NCBI GenBank assembly: GCA_050613775.1 | Contig: JBODTK010000156.1 | Span: forward strand, 62,001 to 126,000 | From: Neocallimastix sp. 'constans' | Lineage: Eukaryota | Direction: 5' to 3' | Length of the DNA: 64,000 nucleotides | Part shown: piece by piece, positions 24,630 to 37,287 of the stretch | How the letters are laid out: each line of letters opens with the position of its first letter | How positions within the stretch are numbered: position 1 is the first letter of the stretch | Made by a program: the position numbers and the translations under genes | The notes under the pieces: generated by a model | What the model saw: the letters and a program-made list of their open reading frames with translations, nothing else | Databases searched by the model: none | Told to the model about the DNA's origin: nothing

Positions 24630-27600
24630 ATGAATTACATAAATATCAACAATCAACATCCAGGAGCTAGGGGAGACTTTGACGCAGCCTCTGAAGCCAG
24701 CTCCATGGAAATAGAAAATGAGGTTGGTAATAACGTCAATACCAGGGCACGCCTCATTCCGAAACCAAAAGCATTCTCCGGAAGAAGAAACGAACTACCA
24801 GCCTTCCTTGGTCAAATCAACCGATATTTTAAGTACAATTTAGACGAAGAAGCTGCTGCTGATGACGAATTCAAGATTGATATTATAAGTAGTTATTTGG
24901 AGGGAAACGCTGCTGAATGGTTTGCTGATCTAGTTAAAGAAGAAAGTCCACTATTGGAAAATTACGAGAATTTTATTGACGCTTTGCAACAACGTTACAA
25001 ATCCTGTGCAAGTTCAGATGTCGCGAACAGTCGACTTACCAAGATACGTAGCCAACAATTTAGAACAATAGCCGAATACTGCAATCAGTTCGAGAAAATA
25101 GCCAGAGATTCATCATTTAATGACGAAGCTAAAATCCATTTTTTCATTGAGGGTTTACCAACAAGAGAAAAAGAAAGAACCAAACTAATTTATCCTAGAA
25201 TTAGAAGAATTAATGAACTAATTAATGTTGTAGCTGCTAATGCTGAAGAAGATCGTCGTGTTAACGGAAATGACCCAATGGATATAGATCAAAGAAGAAT
25301 TAGACCTTTTCGTAGGGATTTAGGATCAAGTCGTTACCAAAATAATTACCGAAGTAGCCAAAATTACAGGGATTCTTCACCAAAGAGGTCAACCAAACCG
25401 AAGAAGTGTTTTATATGTAAGAGCACAAGCAACTTAAAGGAAAACTGTCCCAAGCAACAGGACAAAATTAGAAAAAGAGAAAAGATCTTACAGATTAAAT
25501 TGAGCAAGAAAAGTTTAGCTCACACTTACAATGTTGTTTTTAAGTACAAAAATGGTTTTATTATGTCCGCAATTCTAGATACTGGCTCAGATCTTAATAT
25601 TATGGATAGAGCTACCGCCGATAAATACCAGATCCCAATACAACGAATCCGCCATGAGAAAAACGTTATCGGATTTAACGGAAATGGAACAATTCGTTAT
25701 GAAACCATTCCATTAACTATGGTCATGGGTCAACATATCGAAACCATTCAATTTTACATTTATAGTTTACCAAAAGGAATTTCGGTTATTTTAGGAAATC
25801 CATGGTTGAAGAAGCATTGCCCAACAATTGAATTTGATAAAGGTAATATCAGATTCAGTTCCCAATACTGCAAGAGGAATTGTTGTGCCACCGCTGAAGA
25901 TATTATGAGAAGAACAACTGAAGAAAAGAAGAAAAAAGATGAAATCCGCCGAAGTAAGATACAATTAGCTAGAGAAATTATTAATAATTATAATAATGTA
26001 TTAGATAGTTTAGATAATAATGATGTTAAAAAATTAGTCGATAATAAAAATAAATTATGTAGTAAAAAATCACGTAATATAAAGGCTATTATGAAAAAAG
26101 CCTTAGTTAAAAAAGAAAAATGTATTAAAAGAAAAGAATTAAATAAAGGAAAATTTGAAAATTATGCTTTCTGTTATGTTTTAAAAAATGAAAATAAAGA
26201 TAAAAGTGTTATTAAATGTGATTATAATAATGAAAGTGTTAAAGAAAATAAAAGTTTGGAAAGAATACCAAAACAATATGAGAAATTTAAAAATGTGTTT
26301 GATGAACAAGAGTGTAACGAATTACCACCACATCGTCCATACGACTGTAAAATTAGATTAAAGGATGATGTTGACTTATTTTATGGTCCTTTATATCCAT
26401 TAACGGAGGAAGAACGTGAAGCTTTAAAAGAATATATCAAAGAAAATTTAGAAAAAGGCTTCATTAGACCTTCAACATCTCCTGCTGGTGCTCCAATTTT
26501 ATTCGTTAGAAAAAAGGATGGAAGTTTAAGACTTTGTGTCGATTATCGAAGACTTAATGAAAATACTATAAGGGACTCCTATCCACTCCCTTTAATCACC
26601 GAGCTTTTTGACAGATTGAGAGAAGCTAAGTATTTTACTAAGTTAGATTTAAAATCAGCTTATAACCTGGTAAGAATACGTGAAGGTGATGAATATAAAA
26701 CAGCATTTCGAACAAGATATGGTCATTTCGAATATCTTGTTATGCCATTTGGTTTGAAGAATGCTCCAGCAACTTTCCAACACTTTATTAATGACGTTTT
26801 AGGAGAATACTTAGATGAATTTGCTTTTGCCTATATCGATGATATACTTATTTATTCTGAGACATTAGAAGAACACCGTACACATGTTAAGAAAATACTT
26901 AAGAAATTACAAGAAAGTGGTCTTTATGCAAAATTAAGTAAGTGTGAATTTGAAGTCCAGAAAACAACATTCTTGGGGCACGTAATATCCAATCAAGGAA
27001 TTTCCATGGATCCGGATAAAGTTAAGTCTATCTTAGAATGGCCAATACCAACTACAGTCAAAGAAGTACAATCATTTATAGGTTTATGCAACTACTACCG
27101 AAGATTCATCCCAAACTTTGCTAAAATTGCTAAGCCGTTACACAACTTAACAAGAAAAGATATTAAATATGAATGGACTGAAGAATGCTCCGTTGCATTC
27201 GAAACTTTGAAGAAACTTTTTACCATAGAACCTATTCTTGCCCATGCAGATCCAGAATTACCGTTTATAGTAGAGACAGATGCAAGTAATTTTGCAATTG
27301 GTGCCGTATTATCTCAAAGAAATAAGGATACAAATGAGTTACATCCAATTTGTTATTATTCAAGAGGTTTAACAAAATCTGAAAAGAATTATCCAATATA
27401 TGACAAGGAATTATTAGCTGTCAAGTGTGCGTTACAAGAATGGAGACATTACTTAGAAGGGGCTAAGCATCAATTTACAATTTATACCGATCATAAAAAT
27501 TTAACTTTTCCACGTAAACCTGAGTTGTTATCTCAACGTCAAATAAGATGGAACTTATTCTTATCTCGATTTGATTACAAAATACAATATAGACCAGGAA

Positions 27601-29198
27601 AAGAAGGTGGAAAACCAGATGCTTTTTCGAGAAGACCAGATTATGAAAATCAAGAAATAGATGATGAAAAAGAAACTTCAGCTTGTCTTACAATACAAGA
27701 AGCTACAGAAGATTTATGTTTAGTTGCAATTCAAGGGAACTTAAAAGATGAATTGATAAAAGAAATTAAAGATGATGAAGTCATACAAGAATTAATCAAG
27801 ATCAAAAAAGGAGAATCTACTTCTAATAATAAATATAAAAATAAAATGAAAGACTTTACTATTGACGAAGAAGGTTTATTATTATATAAGGGTTTAATTT
27901 TCGTTCCAAAGAAGATGAGAAATATTATCATTGCTATTCATCATGATAATCCAGTTCAAGGTCATTTTGGTATTCTCAAAACCAAAGAAATTATAAGTAG
28001 AAATTTTGTTTGGTTTAAGATGACTTCCGATATTGTTAAGTATATCGCATCATGCAAAACATGTGCTCAAGTAAAAGATGATCGCCACCGTCCTTATGGA
28101 TTACTTCAACCTCTTCCCACTCCAAAAAGACCATGGTCCTCAGTCTCAATGGATTTTATAACTGATTTACCTAAGTCAAGAGACAAAACAGTTATAATGG
28201 TCGTAGTTGATAGATTAACAAAGATGGCTCACTTTATTCCATTTAGGAGTATACCTACCACTCAAATCGCTGCTGATGTATTTTTTAGAGAAGTTTTTCG
28301 TTTACACGGATTACCAGAAGATATTACTTCCGATAGAGGATCTCAATTCACCTCCGAATTCTGGCAAAGACTTTGTAGTTTATTAGATATTCGTCAAAAT
28401 TTGTCAACAGCACATCACCCTCAAACAGATGGTCAAACTGAACGAGTTAATGGTATATTAGAACAATTTTTAAGGTGCTATATTAACAAAAGAAAAAATA
28501 ACTGGATGGACATTCTTCCTTATGCTGAATTCGCATATAATAACACATTACAACAATCGACTAATCAGACACCATTCTTCTCAAATTATGGTTTTAATCC
28601 AAAATTCAATCCAGTTATACCTGCTGATAGCAGAAGAACAAGTACCATTGACCATGTTGAACAAATAAGAAAAAACATGCAATTCCTCAAGAAAAATTTA
28701 GAAAAAGCTAAGGAAAGATATAAGAGATATGCAGATCACTTAAGAATTGTAGGACCAAAATTAAAAGTAGGTGATAAAGTTTGGTTAAAGCGTCCAGACT
28801 TACTTCCAAAAGGTCCTTCTAAATTGACTAACAGAAAACTCGGTCCTTTTAAAATTATTGAAAAAACAGGCCCTGTTTCTTATAAATTAGAATTGCCTGA
28901 TACTATTAAATGTCATAATGTTTTCCATATTTCAAACCTAGAACCTTACAATGAAAGAGAATTTGATGAATCAAGTACAAGTACTATTACTCGAATTACT
29001 TCGATCGCTACTGATACTGAAGGAAAGGAACCTTTGAAGATTGTTGCCGCTAAAGTTGTTAACAATAAACCTTTTTACTTTATGTTATGGAAAGGACTTC
29101 CAGCTACTGAATGTACTTGGTTGTCTGAAGATGAAATCACTGATCCTCAATTAGTTCAAGAGTTCAATAAAACAAATAGAGTTCCTTCTAGATTATAA
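24630..29198 (+). CDS. G3 Gag-Pol polyprotein (Gag, PR, RT, RNase H, integrase, chromodomain-like)
   Basis: Uninterrupted [55 protein letters not shown]. Confidence 0.97.
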   Translation: MNYININNQHPGARGDFDAASEASSMEIENEVGNNVNTRARLIPKPKAFSGRRNELPAFLGQINRYFKYNLDEEAAADDEFKIDIISSYLEGNAAEWFADLVKEESPLLENYENFIDALQQRYKSCASSDVANSRLTKIRSQQFRTIAEYCNQFEKIARDSSFNDEAKIHFFIEGLPTREKERTKLIYPRIRRINELINVVAANAEEDRRVNGNDPMDIDQRRIRPFRRDLGSSRYQNNYRSSQNYRDSSPKRSTKPKKCFICKSTSNLKENCPKQQDKIRKREKILQIKLSKKSLAHTYNVVFKYKNGFIMSAILDTGSDLNIMDRATADKYQIPIQRIRHEKNVIGFNGNGTIRYETIPLTMVMGQHIETIQFYIYSLPKGISVILGNPWLKKHCPTIEFDKGNIRFSSQYCKRNCCATAEDIMRRTTEEKKKKDEIRRSKIQLAREIINNYNNVLDSLDNNDVKKLVDNKNKLCSKKSRNIKAIMKKALVKKEKCIKRKELNKGKFENYAFCYVLKNENKDKSVIKCDYNNESVKENKSLERIPKQYEKFKNVFDEQECNELPPHRPYDCKIRLKDDVDLFYGPLYPLTEEEREALKEYIKENLEKGFIRPSTSPAGAPILFVRKKDGSLRLCVDYRRLNENTIRDSYPLPLITELFDRLREAKYFTKLDLKSAYNLVRIREGDEYKTAFRTRYGHFEYLVMPFGLKNAPATFQHFINDVLGEYLDEFAFAYIDDILIYSETLEEHRTHVKKILKKLQESGLYAKLSKCEFEVQKTTFLGHVISNQGISMDPDKVKSILEWPIPTTVKEVQSFIGLCNYYRRFIPNFAKIAKPLHNLTRKDIKYEWTEECSVAFETLKKLFTIEPILAHADPELPFIVETDASNFAIGAVLSQRNKDTNELHPICYYSRGLTKSEKNYPIYDKELLAVKCALQEWRHYLEGAKHQFTIYTDHKNLTFPRKPELLSQRQIRWNLFLSRFDYKIQYRPGKEGGKPDAFSRRPDYENQEIDDEKETSACLTIQEATEDLCLVAIQGNLKDELIKEIKDDEVIQELIKIKKGESTSNNKYKNKMKDFTIDEEGLLLYKGLIFVPKKMRNIIIAIHHDNPVQGHFGILKTKEIISRNFVWFKMTSDIVKYIASCKTCAQVKDDRHRPYGLLQPLPTPKRPWSSVSMDFITDLPKSRDKTVIMVVVDRLTKMAHFIPFRSIPTTQIAADVFFREVFRLHGLPEDITSDRGSQFTSEFWQRLCSLLDIRQNLSTAHHPQTDGQTERVNGILEQFLRCYINKRKNNWMDILPYAEFAYNNTLQQSTNQTPFFSNYGFNPKFNPVIPADSRRTSTIDHVEQIRKNMQFLKKNLEKAKERYKRYADHLRIVGPKLKVGDKVWLKRPDLLPKGPSKLTNRKLGPFKIIEKTGPVSYKLELPDTIKCHNVFHISNLEPYNEREFDESSTSTITRITSIATDTEGKEPLKIVAAKVVNNKPFYFMLWKGLPATECTWLSEDEITDPQLVQEFNKTNRVPSRL

Positions 29199-30160
29199 GT
29201 CGCTCAGGGGCTCGACTTAAACAGAGGGGCATGTAAAATATTTAATAATTTGAATACGTATTTAAATGTAATGTAATGTAAATTATTGTGGATAAAAATG
29301 TTTTCCAAATTTTTAATATAAATTTAAATGTATTCCAAATTATTAATTTAATTAATTTTCTCAAAAATGTATGACTAAATTATTTGGAGAATTTACATCA
29401 TTATTACTCACTTTGAATCATGAAACTTGTAAATTAAAAATAATTAGTCATGAAACTTGTAAATTAAAAATAATTAGTCATAAATTAGTTAAATTAAAGT
29501 AATCAAAGAAAAATTGCCTTTTCCGTTTGTTTACAAAAACTTGCCGTTTTGTTTATTTGTTTTTAGAAATATTAGATAGTTTTAAATAGTTTTTATATTA
29601 AAATAACTCATAAAAATTCATGTAATTTATTATTAAATGTAATTACAAATATATAATAATATTTTAGTTAGTTTATTACAATCTATTCAATTTAAATTTT
29701 AATTTTCAAAAAGTATAAAAAGAGTTAATTTTCAACTATTGAACGATAGTTGGAAAATAGTATAGAAAATAGTATAGTTTAGAATAGTATAGTTTAGTAT
29801 AGATAATATAGATAGTATAAATTTTATATTTTATTAATTAGTATTATAACTATTATTAGAATAGTTATCTTTTATAAAACAAATTTTATTTTAAATTTTA
29901 TTTTAAAATCTTAACTGCTAGTAGGCTTTCCGGTAAAGGACCCTACGGTACCCAGTTAAGTGATTGTTGATTTTAGAATAGTTAAATTCAACAAATAAGA
30001 AATATTAATAAAAGGATTTTTTTATAAAACAAAAAATTAAATTAGTTTTTTAGTTTTAGTGTTTTAGTTAATAATTAATTATAGTGTTGATATAATAAAA
30101 TAGTGTAAAATAAATTATAGTCTGTCCTCGCCGACCTAAGCTATTATTTTATTTTACACA

Positions 30161-30733
30161 TGTAACGAAACTCATAACTAGTAAATTAGTAACTATGGTT
30201 CAATGGTAAGTTACCATAACCATCGGGCTGAACCCTTAGGGTTCGACACCCACTCTTTCCAAATTTTAATAACTTTTTATTTATTATAACTAGAATATTA
30301 AAGAAATTACTAGTGTTTATCGGTTAAACAATTGAACCGATAAAACTAGAAAAATCTATTTTATTAATATTTTTTATCATTTTTTATCTAAGATTCATTT
30401 TCTAGAAAGAAAACTTGTTTTCTTTAATTTTCTTTAATTTTCTTTTATTTCTAATAATTACTAATAACAACTGATAACTTAAAATAATTAATTTTCCTGA
30501 AAAACTATAAATAGGTGTAAAATTTCATAATAAAATATTTTTACTTGTGCTTTTATTAATTAATTTTAAAGTAATTTAAAATATTACAATGATTAATTAA
30601 TAAAATAATAATTTATATTTTTACTAATAAAAAAACTTATTTTAATAAAACATATTTTGAATTACTTTAGTGTCGAGAACCTTTTGTGTAAAAAACCTTA
30701 TAACAATCTTAAGTAACATTAAGATTTGTTACA
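30161..30733 (+). mobile_element. T1 3' LTR with Pol III-type A box (30196-30206) and B box (30240-30250)
   Basis: TGGTTCAATGG...GGTTCGACACC; direct repeat of 5882-5897 plus 18282-18837. Confidence 0.92.
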
Positions 30734-31320
30734 GATAACTAAATTTAGGAGCAATAAATAATGTACCATCAACAAATATATCATCATTATATTCTCTAAA
30801 TAATTTTACTTGAAAAGGGGATTGAAAAATTATTAAATTAGTATTTTTTGAATATCATAAAATTTTCACCTCGCTTTGTTCTATAATATTTAGATTCATT
30901 AGGAATTTCAGTAAATGTTGTTACATTGGATGGTAGTTTTTTATTTAAATTTCTTGATATTTGGGATTTAATTGAATTATATTCTGGACATATAAATCTC
31001 ATTTCTTTAGAAATTTTATTATATAGGAGTTTTATTTTTATACCAAAAGGAATTGAATTTTTTTCAATTCCATCTTTAATTTTATTATTCATTAAAGATA
31101 GAGATACATCGTATTCTTTTTCAGGATGATTATGTGAATTTTCATATTTCAGTATTTTTTTCTTATTATTTAAAATAATAAAAGATTTACATTTATTTCG
31201 GTATATAAACTTTGGAATTATATTTTCTTATATATAAAAAATTAAATTTATATTTTTTATTAATAATAATTTATTTTTTTCCTTTGTTAGACTCACATCA
31301 ATAATTAGATTTTCTTCCAT
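30734..31320 (-). pseudogene. MULE transposase relic, 5' part
   Basis: HNHPEKEY (FLYWCH-like end) and NDDIFVDGTLFIAPKFS (first catalytic Asp region); frameshifted. Confidence 0.7.
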
Positions 31321-31954
31321 TTCTATCAAGAACTGACGATACTTGTACTGTGATTAAATTAATCCATTATTGGATTAATTAAATTTATAAAATTTAATGA
31401 AAAATTAATTAATAGTTTTAACTTAATATTTAATTATATAAGTGAATCAATAGTAATTGTTTAAATAAATTTAGTTTAGTTAATGAATAGTTGAATAAAC
31501 AAATTAAAAAATTATTTAGCAGAATTGAAAAATAATAATCTACTATATGCAATAAACTTTTAAATTTAATTTAAATTTTAATAACTTCTAAATTTAGTGA
31601 AATTGTTATTTTTTCGCCTAGACTATTTTTGTTTACACTTTTATCAATTTCATTTCCTGGATTATCGTAATTAACATTTAAAATATTATTATATTGATTA
31701 ATTATTTTCATATATTTTTGATGATTTTCATAATAAGTATTATCAAAATTCACAATTTGTAAATATTCTTTAATAATTTTCTGGATGTTATTGTTCTTTT
31801 TGTCGATTTCATTCAAACATTTCAATAATTTGTTCAATTTACAATTTGTTTTGTTTATTTTATCTTGAAATGATTCAATTATATATTTATCTATCGTAAC
31901 AGGATTTTCATTTTCATTATTTTGGTAATTATTCGAAATATTATTTTTATTCAT

Positions 31955-32262
31955 ATTTGCTATTTCATTATTATGTATATTATTATTTATACTTGCTATT
32001 TCATTATTATGTATATTATTATTTATACTTGCTATTTCATTATTATGTATATTATTATTTATACTTGCTATTTCATTATTATGTATATTATTATTTATAC
32101 TTGCTATTTCATTATTATGTATATTATTATTTATACTTGCTATTTCATTATTATGTATATTATTATTTATACTTGCTATTTCATTATTATGTATATTATT
32201 ATTTATACTTGCTATTTCATTATTATGTATATTATTATTTATACTTGCTATTTCATTATTGC
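31955..32262 (-). repeat. 33-bp coding tandem repeat, about 9 units (HNNEIASINNNI overlap, 11-aa period)
   Basis: (TTGCTATTTCATTATTATGTATATTATTATTTATAC)-like perfect units. Confidence 0.9.
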
Positions 32263-32411
32263 GTATGTTACTATTCATACCTAAATTCTTATAGTTATTG
32301 TTATTATATTCATTGCTATCATAAATACCATTAATAAAATAATTATTTAAATCATAATTAATATTATTTTCTTTTTGAAAAATATTTGTGTTTTCTGTTT
32401 TATTCGGTGTG

Positions 32412-33163
32412 TGTAAAGATTTAATAAAATTTTTAATAATTAATTATTACATAATTAATTAATATAATAAAATTACATAAATTTATGATTTATGTATATG
32501 GAAATTAATTATAAATTTATGTAAACTTTTCATAAAGGAAAAATTATTATTTAAATAATTTTAGATAATAAATTTAATTTAAATAATTTATTTAAGTTAG
32601 TTGATTTAGTTTAGTTTATTTAAAATAGTTATTCTATTTAACTTAGTTAATTTAGTTTAGTTAGTTTAAAATACTTTAAAATTAATTTCGGAATAGTTTT
32701 AAATAGTTAAAATTAGTTTAAATAGTTTTAAATTGTAAATATATAAACATTAGTATTAATAATATTTATATAATAAATAGATAATAAATGAGCTCTTATT
32801 GAATTTGATTATTATTAGAAATAAATTGAAAGTTTATTGAATTAATTATTGTATCGTTTTATTTAATTTTTATTTAACAAAATTACTGAAAATTATTTTG
32901 TTTATAAATAAATAGTAATATATGTAAATTAGATAGAAATAATATATTATAATATAATCATAAAAAATTATAAATACATGTAAATTTCTATAATTAAATC
33001 GATGTATTAGTTATTGACTATCAAATAATTAATAACAATAAGAGATTTATTTTTAAAATTAATAAAAGATTATTTAATAAAAAAAAAAGAATTTTTTATT
33101 ACGTGTTTTAAACTGTTTTGTGTATTTTGTTATTTGTAATCTGTTTCTTCTAAACTCTTTACA
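32412..33163 (+). mobile_element. Solo LTR (TGTAAAGATTT family)
   Basis: TG..CA, TSD GTGTG; homolog at 46814-47593. Confidence 0.9.
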
Positions 33164-33619
33164 GTGTGTTATTATTTTTAAATTTGCTTCTTCATATCTT
33201 CTAATATTTCATCGACTTCTTCTGAGATACTGTATCTTATTTCCAAGAAGTTTAATTGTTTCTCTGGTAGTCCTTTAAACAAGTAGTTTAATTTTTCCCT
33301 ATTGCTAAGTTTATTATTTAATTTTCCTAACTTTTGCGTGATTTCTGAAAATTCTTCGATGTATTCTAAAGTTTCTTTATCACTTTCGGCCCTCATATTT
33401 TCTAATCTTCTGTAGAGTTTTTCATTGAATTCTTCTTCGTGATATTTCTTCTTGAGTACCTTTAATATTAAGTATGCTGAATTTTTCTCTTCTTCTTTAC
33501 TTCTAATAAAGGATTTTATTTTTGTATCAGCAGATTTTCTTAAAAAACTCAAAACTTTGAAGTTGTTCATTTTATGTTCCTTAATTTTGTTTTCACCTTC
33601 TTCAGATAAGATATCATTT

Positions 33620-34240
33620 TGTAATGAATCCGTCAATAAAAAACAGATTATAACAATAAAAAAACACTACAATTTAAACAAATAAAATTAAAATAATTTC
33701 TTTTATTAATAAATTCTTTTATTAATTATGAACTTCTCTTATGTTATTAACTGTAAAATAGTTAATAACTAATACATCGATTTAATTAAGAAAAATTACA
33801 TGTATTTATATTTTTTCTTATTACACTATTAATATATGATGTTATTTAATAATATATATAAAACTATTTATTTATAAACAAAAGATTTTTTAATTAATAA
33901 TTTTTATTATTTATTAATTTACTAAAACTAAAATTAATTTTTTAAACTCTTTATTTTATTTATTATTTTAATACTTATAATAATTTTAATTATATATTTA
34001 ATATTGAAAAACTATTTTTATAAATATTAACTATTTAAGATTATTCCTAAATTAATATTTGACTATTTAAAACTAAACTAAATTAACTAAACTAATTAAA
34101 AAATATTTTCAATTTAAAAAAATAATTAAATTTTATTTCAATAAATTTTATATTAAAAAAATAATTCATATACATTAAATAAATTAATTGTACGAAAAAT
34201 TAAGCTATTTAATGTATTAAAGATTTATTAAATCTTTACA
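33620..34240 (-). mobile_element. Solo LTR
   Basis: TG..CA, TSD CATTT; near-identical to 35568-36187. Confidence 0.9.
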
Positions 34241-35567
34241 CATTTCCTCTCTTATCTTTGGTTGTATATTTCTTCTCTACTTCTTTTACTATATCATCCA
34301 TGTTTATGTTAACGTATTCATTTAATCAAGCGCCTTGGAGTTCGAGGATAATGACTTCATACCATTCATCGTAGTTGTCTTCAGTTAGGACATATTCCAT
34401 CCTATTAAGAGCTATTCTAGTTGTTCCGGTCATTTTATAAATGTATTAATATATTACTAATATTATTTAATGAGTTTGTTTATTAATTACAAATTGTCAA
34501 TTACTATTTTTAAATACTAATTACTAAATTATATAAGAAACATTCAAATACTAATTTCCTAATTCTAATGTGTTTCTTATTTACTTATGTGTATATTCAA
34601 GTGTTCTTAATCTTAAATATCCTAATTATAATAAGTTGCTAAATTACTAAATTACTAATTGCTAAATTGCTAAATTACTAAATTACTAAATTACTATGTT
34701 AATAAATTATTAATTGCTAAATTGTCAAATTATAGAGTTAATAAGTTACTAAGTTACTAAATTACTAAATTACTAAATTATTAAATTTCCTAATTAACTA
34801 AGTATTCTAAATTTCTACACAAACTTATCGAGTCAAATGAGACTCTTAATCTGTTAAAAATCTCAATATTTGTTTATTTATTAACCTTATTTATTTGAAG
34901 GAAAAGGATTATTTTTTAAGAATACATAATTTAATGTTATTTATACATACAAAATACATTTGATGGATAATACATATTTTAATACATTAAATACATGTTT
35001 TAATATTAACTATGTAAAAGAGGCTTATAAAAATAAAAATTTTTTAAAACTATATTTATAAACTACATAAACTATATATTCATATAATATATCTTATTTA
35101 TTTATAATAGACTATTTAATATTTAAAATTATAATAAAAGTTGTAATAAAATAAAAATATTAATTAAAATGGTAATTAAATTTATAAACTAAAAATACTA
35201 ATTTTCTAGCAAATTTAGACAATTCAAATGATCAAAACCCTTTTCCAATTTTTAATACTCAAAATAAAAATAATCAAAATGATAATTATAATTCAAACGT
35301 AAATATTTCACAGAACAAAAGTAATGAGGAGAATATAAGTGACCAAAGGGTAAACAAAGAAATAATAAATTAAATGATAATGAAACTTCAAATGAAGTGT
35401 TGAAATTAAGTGAAAAATCAAAGGATACTAAAAATATTTTTTAAAGAAAAGAAATCTAAAATACAATTTAAATAATAAAAATAATGATAATAACGAAAAA
35501 ATTATAAATGAACATAATTTAAGTACTCTTAATAATATTGACAATGATGATGACACTAAAATATTTC

Positions 35568-36187
35568 TGTAATGAATCCGTCAATAAAAAACAGATTATA
35601 ACAATAAAAAACACTACAATTTAAACAAATAAAATTAAAATAATTTCTTTTATTAATAAATTCTTTTATTAATTATGAACTTCTCTTATGTTATTAACTG
35701 TAAAATAGTTAATAACTAATACATCGATTTAATTAAGAAAAATTACATGTATTTATATTTTTTCTTATTACACTATTAATATATGATGTTATTTAATAAT
35801 ATATATAAAACTATTTATTTATAAACAAAAGATTTTTTAATTAATAATTTTTATTATTTATTAATTTACTAAAACTAAAATTAATTTTTTAAACTCTTTA
35901 TTTTATTTATTATTTTAATACTTATAATAATTTTAATTATATATTTAATATTGAAAAACTATTTTTATAAATATTAACTATTTAAGATTATTCCTAAATT
36001 AATATTTGACTATTTAAAACTAAACTAAATTAACTAAACTAATTAAAAAATATTTTCAATTTAAAAAAATAATTAAATTTTATTTCAATAAATTTTATAT
36101 TAAAAAAATAATTCATATACATTAAATAAATTAATTGTACGAAAAATTAAGCTATTTAATGTATTAAAGATTTATTAAATCTTTACA
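35568..36187 (-). mobile_element. Solo LTR
   Basis: TG..CA, TSD ATTTC. Confidence 0.9.
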
Positions 36188-37287
36188 ATTTCAAATAAAT
36201 TAAATTTAAATGAAAGTAATCAATTAGAAAATTTAATTTTAAATGAGAATTATTAAAACAATAATATAAATAAGTCACAATATTCAAAGAAAAGAAGGTC
36301 TACATGTATAAATGAAAATATAACTAAAAAGTCAAAATATTTAAATTCAGCTGAAATAATAAAAAGGTAACATACTATTCAAAATTAGAATTAAGAGAAC
36401 CACAACAATTTAATGATTTTTATAACAAAAGGGACAAATTAGAGTGGTTAAAAGCAGTTAATAATGAATTGGTGAATATGAGAAGCCTAAAAGTGTACAA
36501 ATTAGTAGATAAAGTTCCTTCCAATGCAAATATAACTACACAGTGGGCATTTACTTATAAACGAGATTCTCAAGGAAACATAATGAAAAGAAAATCTAGA
36601 CTTGTTGCTCGCGGGTTTACTTAAATAGAAGGTACGGACTATACATATACCTTCTCTCCAACACTTGGACAAGATTCCCTAAGAATATTATCAGCTTATG
36701 CCGCGCAAATTAATTACGAAATACATCAATTAGATGTGAAAGCAGCATATTTAAATGCTGACTTGGAAGAAGAAATATACACGGAAGCACCGGAAGGGAA
36801 TGATAATTATAAGAAAAAATATTGGAAACTAAATAAAGCTCTCTATGGACTGAAGTAAGCTGGACGTGCCTGGAATAATACATTTAATGAAGTGATGACA
36901 GAATTCAACTTCATTAGATTAAAAAGTGAATCATGCGTTTATGTGAAAAAGAATAGAAAAGGTAATGTAACTTGCTTATTGGCTATTTATGTAGATGATA
37001 TTCTCATAACCGGTGTTAAAGATGAAATATTAAAAGCTAGAAAATGCATAAAAAGTAAATTAATATTACTGATGTAGGTAAGGCAGATTATATGATAGGT
37101 TTTAAATTTGAAAAACAAAATGATGGTTACTTAATCCATCAAGAAAAATATCTTAAAGATATTTTAAAAGGATTTAATATTGAAAATTATACACCATGTT
37201 CAAATATGGTGCCAATAATAACCAAAGAATTACGAAAAAGAAGGTTTGATGAAAACCTATATAGGCAAGCTATAGGATATTTGTTAT
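36188..37287 (+). pseudogene. Copia B reverse transcriptase, decayed
   Basis: KSRLVARGF, QLDVKAAYLNA, LYGLK*AGR, IYVDDIL; the Asn-rich linker continues upstream at ~35170-35567. Confidence 0.9.

Larger units (their letters stand above)
23550..30158 (+). mobile_element. Intact young Ty3/Gypsy chromovirus G3
   Basis: 927-bp LTRs at 23550-24476 and 29232-30158 that look identical by eye; TSD CATGT; PPT AAACAGAGGGG; single long ORF. Confidence 0.97.
5882..30733 (+). mobile_element. Non-autonomous chromovirus T1 (gag-PR-IN-chromodomain, no RT/RNase H), host of about 19 kb of nested insertions
   Basis: TSD GATAA at 5877-5881 and 30734-30738. The 5' LTR is split into 5882-5897 and ~18277-18837; the 3' LTR is 30161-30733. 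PPT AGAGGAGGA at ~23535-23543. Confidence 0.9.
31571..34433 (-). pseudogene. Copia-type gag-like ORF (element C) with an Asn-rich repeat tail, split by two solo LTRs
   Basis: MTGTT..VLTEDNYDEW start; KLNYLFKGLPE resembles the A2 gag; PBS at 34838-34851 and LTR edge at 34852. Confidence 0.7.

Noticed and set aside
31922..32334. Plus-strand Tyr/Ile-rich ORFs, or a CRISPR-like array
   Set aside because: Antisense readings of a spacer-less tandem repeat
33620..36187. A single LTR element bounded by the two 620-bp direct repeats
   Set aside because: Each repeat has its own TSD (CATTT, ATTTC), so they are independent solo LTRs
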